The notes beneath the pieces are model-generated. The model saw nothing but the letters and a program-made list of their open reading frames with translations, was not told the origin of the DNA and ran no database searches. Shown piece by piece: positions 24,501-33,500 of a stretch of 45,619 nucleotides of DNA (positions are counted from its first letter, which is position 1; each line of letters begins with the position of its first letter). Location: positions 2,529,488 to 2,575,106 of the forward strand of contig JAHRHZ010000085.1 in assembly GCA_024137785.1 (NCBI GenBank), written 5' to 3'. This DNA is from Ginglymostoma cirratum (lineage: Eukaryota). A program made the translations under genes and the position numbers.

Positions 24501-27500
24501 TTAAGAGCTGTTGAGTGGAGAATGGAGGAGGTGTAATGGAGGGCTATCTGGATGTCAGAGAGGGGAAAAGAGCATTGTTTGAAAAAGGCGGACATCCCAG
24601 ATGCTTGGGAGTAGACCTTGTGAGACCAGATGTGATGAACATGAAGGAATTATGAAAAAGGGATGGTGTTTTTGCAGGATACAGGGTGGGAGGATGTGTA
24701 ATACAGGTAGCTATGAGAGTCTGTGGGTCGAGAGTAAATGTCGGTCCATAAATTGTTGCCAGAAATGGAAACAGAGAGATCAAGAAAGGGAAGGGAGGTG
24801 TCTGAGATACACCAAGGGAATTTGAGGGTAGGGTGGAAGTTGTTAGTGAAATCAATGAACTGCTCCAGTTCACCCTGGGTGCAGGATGCAGCCCTGATGC
24901 TGTCATCGATGTAACAGCAGAAGATTTGGGAAACGAGACCGATGTACGTACTGAAGAGGGGCTATTCAACAAATAGGCAGGCACAGTTGTAGCCCACGCG
25001 AGTGCACATGGCAAACCCCTGATTTGGAGAAAGTGGGAAGAATTGAAGGAAAAGTTAGTGAGGGTGAGGACCAGTTCAGCGAGATGGAGGAGGGTGTTGC
25101 TGGAGGGGAACTGAAGGGGTCTGTTGGAGAGGAAAAACCTGAGGGCCTGTAGGACGTACTTGTAGGGAATAGATGTGAAAAGGGATTGCACATCCATGGT
25201 AAAGATGAAGCACTAGGGGCCAGGGAGCTGGAAGTTTCCCAAGAGAATGGTTTGTGTCCCAGATGTAGGTGGGAAGTGCCTGGGCTCAAGGGGAGAAAAT
25301 GGTTTCGAAGTAGGTCAAGACAGTAAAACGTTTTGACTAAAGCATAGATTAAAGCATATTATTTTGATTGCAATGTCTGATTCATTCAGATGAATTTCAA
25401 AGCAAAGTTGATGACAAAAAGCCTTACCTCAACTTTGTGTTGAGTAGGATTTCTTACTTTTTCCTTTGAACCTGGTGACAATAAATTCAGCATTAATTGT
25501 CAAGAAAGATGCGATGTTTGCATTCGTCTGTAAGCCAACAAAATACCATGTAATTCAAATAGCCACGCAGTATAACAGGCAAATTGGATTCAGAATGTAA
25601 CTCAAAATGTTGAACACAAATGCACATATTTAGTTGTGCCTTGAAGCTGTGGAAATATTACTTCATCCGTGAAATTCACCGGACTGCCTTCGGATCTGTA
25701 AAGATATGATTTTGCATTATAAAGCTATGAACGTGAACATGTCATGCTACTGTTGAAGTGAAACAACTGCCTGCAAGTAGTTTCACATCATATATTTATT
25801 TTAACTGGACTAGTCAGATTTCATTACCCAATTATGTGAAATTCAGGTTGTTTAATCAATACTTGAATGGAAGTTATTTCATTTAGTATATATATATTCC
25901 TATTCGTACCTTTAGTTATTCTTAAGAGAAGACACTTCACAATCATCACTGCGCATAATAGAATTACAAGTGCTCCAATGGCAGATCCAGCAACAAGAGG
26001 AACAATACTTTTTGAGGCAATATCTATTAGATGGACATAAAACTAAAATTAGAAATTGTATTGGAAAGCAGAGACATATAAATTTAAATATGACATGCTT
26101 CATTTCCCATGAAGCCACCTTGCTAGTATTCTAATACTGTTCACTACATCTCACATATCAACTTCTCCAGTCAGTTTTCCTATATGCAATCGGATATAAC
26201 GAGGGAAAATCATAGGAATCTGGGGAAATTACAGTAATGATGAAGAAATTTGAATCGTCATCTTATAATTAATCGAAATGAAGACAATGCATGTATCCAA
26301 CACCAGCAATATTCAATTGTAAAGAGTACAGAACAGAGAGCAGTGATCATCGGACAACATTCTTCGAGATTCACTTTGGAACATAAAGTCATTGACACCA
26401 TTTTAAACAACATTTTTCTCCATGTGTAACCAATCTAACTGTTGAGGGGAGACAATTACATAGTTACAGTGTACTTGGCTGACAATACAGAGCTTGAAGC
26501 TCTTGGCTCTTGGATTTTTATGCCACCAGTGCAGAAGGTGACACTTGAATTCATTAAAAACCTGGAATGGTGTTCATGTCAAAAACACTGGTCTCCTTGC
26601 TACAGGAAAAGTGTTGTTAAACGTGAAAGGGTTCTGCGAAGATTTACAACGATGTTGCCAGGGTTGAAGGGTTTGAGCGAATGGGAGAAAGGCTGAGTCG
26701 GCTGGTCCTTTTTTCTCTGGAGCATCGGAGGTTGAGGGGTGAATTTATAGAGGCTTTAATAGTCACAAGGCCATGGATAGGGTGAATAGCCAATGCCTTT
26801 TCCCCCAGGGTAGGGGAATCAAAACTGGAGGGCATAGGTTTAAGGTGAGAGGGGAAAGATTTAAAAGGGACCCAAGGTGCAACTTTTTCACGCAGAAGGT
26901 TGTGCATGTTTGGAATGAGCTGCCAGAGAAGTGGTAGAGTCTGGTACAATTACAACATTCAAAAGGCACCTGGAAAGGTGTATAAATAGAAAGTGTTTGG
27001 AGGGATATGTACCAAATGCTAGCAAATGTGACTAGATTAATTTAGGATATCTGTAATGATTCTGGTGTAATGACCATCTCTATGACTCTAAGACCAGATA
27101 GTTTACTTCATGTCCTTTTGGAAGTCATTCTGCCATCATTAATTGGCCTTCATGTGACTCATTGCATATTGGATGGTTTTAACTGCTGTCTAGGCAATTA
27201 CATATCAACAATAAATGTTCCCCAGTAAATAACACATTCAATGAATTCAAAAAGAATGTTTAGTAATATGATGAATAGGGAAATTCACTGTGCTCTGCAT
27301 TGCTTTCTCAATGTATGTGAAGATATTCAATCGATTTTAAAAGAAATAGCGACACAAGGGACTGCTCAATGAATAGCAAGACACCAGGAAGCTCACAGGA
27401 TCAGGAAGATCTTGGAACTTTCCTTCACAGATCACTGAACGTGGCAGGGCAAGTTAATAGGATGGTTAAGAAACGTACAGAGCATATGCTTTTATCTGGA

Positions 27501-30500
27501 ATGGTATTGATTATGAGAGGAGAGAGGTTACACTGGAGTTTTACAGGACTTTAGTTAGCTCACAGTGGGAGTACTGTGTGCAGTTCTAGTCGCCACAGGA
27601 GAGCAAGGTGTGGCATTGGGCTTAAAGATATCTCCGAAATAGACCATTGGAGTGATTCATTAGGTTAATTGGACATGACAATGTGCAGTTGAGGACATGT
27701 GGAAAAGTACAAGGTTACTGCAAAACAGCCTCTTTTGGCTTGGAGCGACACATAATATTGTGCAGTGAAAAAGGAACCACCTTGAAAGTGTTCTCAGCCT
27801 GTTTTTGTCCAGTGGGCTGCGTGGGAAAGAGCTGAAAATACGACAAAAGAGTGAAGCAGCGTGTAACATGAGATTCAGAACAGGTGTAATATCGGGGACT
27901 TTGCACCACCCATTGGACTTTCACTGTTGGGCGTGAGACAGGTGCTGCGGAACTGGAGACAGAGCTCGAAGTACCGCCATCACCAAAGTTCCCGGGGAGC
28001 GGAAAGGCAGTGTGAAACTCACATGTTGAATATATATCTCAGTAGGTTAACGTCACCAGTAAGCTTTAATATATATATGTGTAGTGTAAACGAACAGTTG
28101 TAATTCAGTTATGTAAAGTATTATAACCCAATAAATTATATGTATATTGAAGTACATTAGTAATCATTTTGACCAGAATTTAAAGAGGCAGTTACTTTGG
28201 CTGTTGAAGCATTCTGTGTCCCCGGATGGTCCTGTAATAGAGATAGTAGGAACTGCAGATGCTGGAGAATCTGAGATAACAAGGTGTAGAGCTGGATGAA
28301 TACAGCAGGCCAAGCAGCATCAGAGGAGGGTAAGGGTGACGTTTCGGGCCTAGACCCTTCCAAAACAAGAGCGTTAACCACATGGGGTGGATCCTGCTGA
28401 GCAGCCTCCCGTCTGCTGCCCCGGGAGGTACGAGATTTAAAGGAGGCGACCGGGACATTGACCGCTGGGCTGGCGAGGGCGGCTCGGACCACTCAGGAAA
28501 GAGCAAATAAAGCCAAGTAGAAGCAGACCAGTACAGCCTGCAACAAAAACAAAAAGTACTGGGAATCACAGGGGGTCAGGCAGGATCCATGGAGAGAGAG
28601 AGCGAACGTTTCGGGTCAAGACGACCATTCATCAGAGCTGGTGAAGCCTGGAGGGGGCAGCATTTATACAACTGTAGGGGGTGGGAGGGAGGGGAGCGGA
28701 AGTGCTCGGGGAGAAAGGGTGTTGACAGAGCAGATTAAGTGATCGGAATGTGAGAAGGGCAGAATATTGGTGTGTCTAACTGCCGGGCTGGTAAGAACTG
28801 ACAGTCAAACTGTAAAACCTGCAACAAAAACAAAGTTGCTGGAAAAGCTCAGCAGGCCTGGCATCGTCTGTGAGGGAGGAAACAGAGTTAACGTTTCGGC
28901 CCGTTGTCGACAGGACCCTCAATCGGGTCCGACCCATCTCCTGCACTTCTGCTCTCACCCCTTCACTTCCCTCCCGCAACAGCGAGAGGGTTCCCCTTAT
29001 CCTCAACTACCATCCCACTAGCATCCACATCCAAAAGATCATCAGATGCCATTTCCGCCACCTCCAGCAAAATGTCACCACCAGACATATATTTCTCTCC
29101 CCTCCCTTGTCATCCTTCCGCAGGGACAGTTCCCTCCGGGACACCCTGGTCCATACTTCCTTCACCCCCAACATCTCCCCACAGCCCGACGGCACCTTCC
29201 CCTGTAACCGGCGAAGGTGCAACACCTGCGCATTTACCTCCTCCCTCCACAGTATCCAAGGGCCCAAACATACCTACCAAGTGAAGCAACACTTCACCTG
29301 CACTTCCAAGAATCTAGTCTAGTGCATTCGCTGCTCACACTGTGGTCTCCTCTACATTGGGGAAACGAAGCATAGACTTGGTGACCGCTTCACAGAACAA
29401 ATACGTTCTGCTCGCAAAAAAGACCCTGAACGACCTGTTGCTTGCCACTTCAATGCACCATCCTGCTCCTTAGCCAACATCTCTGTCTCCGGCTTGCTAC
29501 GGTGTTCCAGTGAAGCCCAGCGCAAGCTGAAGGAACAACACCTCATTTTCCGCTTGGGGACACGACAGCCCTCCGGACTCAATATTGAGTTCAATAATTT
29601 TAGGGCCTAAACTCGCCAATGTCCCAGCCCCCCCACCCCACACACCAGGCCTTGTTACCACATAGCCTGCCATTGCACACAAGCTGTTGTTAGTCACTAA
29701 CAGCCCCCATTAACAACTATTCCCCCTCCCAGCCTGATCGTTAGCAACTCCTTTGTCTGTCCAACTGTCTTTCTCTCTCTTTGGGCTCTATCCTATCGTT
29801 TACTCCCTACCCCACCCACCTCCCTATTTTCTGCATATAAACTGACGTTTCCCAGCCACCATCAGTTCTGAGGAAGGGTCACTGGACCCGAAATGTTAAC
29901 TCTGTTTTCTCCTCCACAGATGCCGCTAGACCTGCTGAGCTTTTGCAGCAACTTTGTTTTTGTTAACTTTTCGTGTCCAGTGAGCCTTCGTCAGAACTGT
30001 CCCTTAGAACCGGGGTTGAAAACTCATTGACCCCTCCCATGGTGTGAGACCCCAATTCTGATTTAGATGCTTCTTCTCAGAAAAAAAAGGATATGTCAGA
30101 GTTTCTTCTGTACCCAACATGAGAGGAACTGGAGCAGATGTGGAGAGTGAGTAATCCCCTCGACTCGGAAGGTAGCTGGGCCACTGAGATGTGACTAATA
30201 GTGGGAATCGACTCAGGGGTCCAGAGGCAATACATCTCTAGCAGAATTCATTGGAGAAATGGAAATAAAGAGCACATTGTGCTCGATACCTTCCAGAAAT
30301 CTGTGAACTAAAATGACTATGAATAGATTTGAGAGAGCAGAACCACCGGCGCTTTGAGCACTGGTGTGATTGGCAAAGGGGAATAGGCCACCGCGGATGG
30401 TGTCTGTGTTAATATGCAGCGTAAACAAAAATATTGTCGGGATGGATGTTGTTAGGGGATAGAAATATGGACCCCAACTGGAAAGTCTTGTTTTGGTGAA

Positions 30501-33500
30501 TGAAGGATGAATGCAGTAATTGGGAAAGCTAATTGGGACTCCAATACATTCCATTCATTCACGAATTGTTAACGGTAAGCAGTATTGAGGGCACAAGGAG
30601 ATCACAGACGCTATTGAAGGGTCAGTGACAGCAAGGGTTGTATGACCTGCTGTCTTCCCGTATAACTGCCTTGTGTGGTCAGTACAGAAACCAGGTGGTA
30701 ACTGGAGAATGACGGTAGATGACTGACGGTTAAGCCAACATACCCCAGCATTGGCATTGGCTCTCCCAGAGATTGTAACATTACCGGAGCAACTGTCATT
30801 GGAAACTGATGAATGGTTTGCCGGAATCTACCTCCCTAATACTTTCATTTCCTTGATGGGAATTCACAGAATCAGTTCGCTTTCACACAAGAGGGCAGAG
30901 AGCACACAGTTTGTAGGTTGTGCGGGGCTACTTGCACATTCCAATTCTCTGCCATGGTTTAATAGCCAGGATCTGGAGATGTCCCCTCTCTCCAGCGATA
31001 TAACATCCCCTTATATTGATGATGTATTGCTACATGGCCCTTCAGAGGAAACAATAGCCGAAGACATAGCTACTTTGACTCAGGGCGTACGGAATAAAGG
31101 CTGGGCAATTAATTCTAAAGAAATCCAGGGACCAAGCCGGTGTGTTATTTTTCTGAGAATAAAATGGGCCGGGGAGAAGGTGTGATTCCTGACAAAGTGA
31201 GAAATAAAATCAGTGAGTTGCAAGTCCGGACCGCGAAGGAAATGGCCCAAAGATTTATAGCGATGTGAGGTTATTGAAGAAGGCATGTCCCTCACTTAAT
31301 CTAATTACACCTCACCTCTGAACTGGTTTCTTCCTGTGACTTTGAGGCACAGCTCCTGAGAGCGATGTTGCCTGGCAGTGGCTCATATGCTGGGTGATTC
31401 GCCGCTGTGACAAAATGCGAAAGAGATAAAGGGCCACAAACCGTCTTGGGGATTATTATGGTGAGCCATGAATTCAGCTCCATTAAATTCTATAGTTTCT
31501 CCATCTTCAATACTGGTATGACACCTGCACTCCAAACCGAATATTGTTTTAACTGTGACAGTGGAGACAACTAATGGAAATAAATAACCTTCCCATTGCC
31601 GCTCGGGAGACACACGATAAACATTACAAAGCCGAGGCAGGAGAAATGCACTCGTCACTATTCTAAGTAGAGCAGAGGCGGGAAACGTTGTGTGAACTTC
31701 CATGGGTATTGACACTATATAAAATAGAATTGCTAAAGCTGGGCAAGTAACTAAGAAGACTATTAAACTACTTGTTGTGTGGCCAAACCATTAACCCATT
31801 GAGATTTGGCAAATAGGTTTTTGACTGATAAAGTGCGGAAGTTTGCGAGTAGCAACATTTTGGAAATGTATTACACCCAGATAAATCTTAGTGCTGAAGC
31901 TAACTGAATACATTGTAATCTGCTCGAGCTGTATATTTTAGCACAATGATGTCAAAATAACCAATACATTGCTGTCCTGATACCTGTTGTCTTGGAGACA
32001 AACATTTCACCTCACCATTAAGAACTTAACATTTATGCCTGATTTGTTAAGTGGTCATTACGCTGTCACAGTATGTCATGCTATCTTTAAAAAAAACAGA
32101 ACATAGCAGCAAATATAGCAGCAAGTCTATCACCCTACCCCATCTGTCTTGGATATGCCACGGACACCCGTGTATTGTGAGAAACGGCTGGACAGCAACA
32201 ATTAAACCCACCGGAAACAATAGCCAGAAGCCTGGTGTGCCCCTTATATTTCCCTACCTTTGAAACATGATACAATCGTCTAAGAAATTGGCCTGAACTA
32301 CAAACTTGTTTCCAGCACTCATATTGTCTACCTCAATGATAAGAGAGAGGAACAATCTGCCAATCTACTTCGGGACAAAACATATTATCTGTGAGGAAAT
32401 GAGACATAAACACCATATAATCAAAGAATGAGAGGCGATAATTGCAAGCTCTCCTTGCCAATCATCAACAGATTATTTCTCACTTGGAAACAGTACACCA
32501 GGGCTTCTTGCATCAAGAAACTGCCATGACTAACAGCCAGGACCTATTGATTCGCAAAGCAGGCAATTTAGGAACCCTGACCATGCATCATTAGTGGGTC
32601 ATATTTAACAGGTAGACACCAAAAGCTTCAGCAGTCCGCTCACAGCGACAGTATCCAATTGTTTATATTATTTTTAATTGCTCGTTTCTTGTTTTTCTGT
32701 ACCTGTGTAAAGGCCTGAAAACTATATTGTGTGTATATCCAAATTGTAGCTACTGAGCGGCATGTACATGCTTGTATAGTGTTTTGATTATCTAGTTTGA
32801 AGACATCAATGGACGTCGTGTCGTGTGAGCTTAAAAATGACCACCAAATCAAACCATTCAGTGTTAATCATTCAGGGTTAATTGGGCATGAAAATTAGCA
32901 ATTGAAGACAAGTGGAAAATGACAGGTTCAGAGTAAAATCTGCCTTCATTGGCTGGGAGGTAACTGCATGAACTTGGCTGGGTGGGAAACAGAATAATGT
33001 GCAGTGAAAAAGGGACCATCCGGAAGATTTTTTTTCCAGCTTGTTTTCCGTACAGTGGAATACCAGGAAACATACTGTAAGTACTATGAAATGGTGCTAT
33101 ACCATGTAACAGTTGATTCAGAACAGTATTAACATTGGGGACTTTGCCCCAGTCATTGGACTTTCACCGTTGGGCTGGAGTCGGTGAGACGAGCACCGTG
33201 GAATCTGAGATAGAGTTCCAACTGCTGTCATCGCCAAAGTCCCCGTCGAGTCCGAAAGGCAGTATGAGAATCACATGTTTAACATATATCTGAGTAGTTT
33301 AACCTAACCATTTCACTTTAATATACATCCACAATTTAAAAGGTCAACTATAAATTCATATAAATACGAAGTATGAACCAAATAAATTAGCAATACAATG
33401 AATGCACATGTCTTCTTGTAATCATTTCAATCAGACCTTAAAGTAATCGGTTAGAGTCTTACGGTCCAACAATACGGAAAGATTTGATTGCACTGGGGAG

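Larger units (their letters stand above)
27609..33455 (+). mobile_element. Degenerate endogenous retrovirus with class III (ERV-L/S-like) pol and two LTRs, antisense within gene B intron 3
   Basis: Direct repeats 27609-28196 and 32819-33455; RT remnants PYNCLVWSVQKPGGNWRMTVD, PYIDDVLLHG and GWAINSKEIQGPSRCVIFLRIKW; protease-like NIVGMDV. Confidence 0.75.

Noticed and set aside
28198-28215. tRNA identity of the ERV primer-binding site
   Set aside because: Begins with TGG at the expected place but is too decayed to assign.
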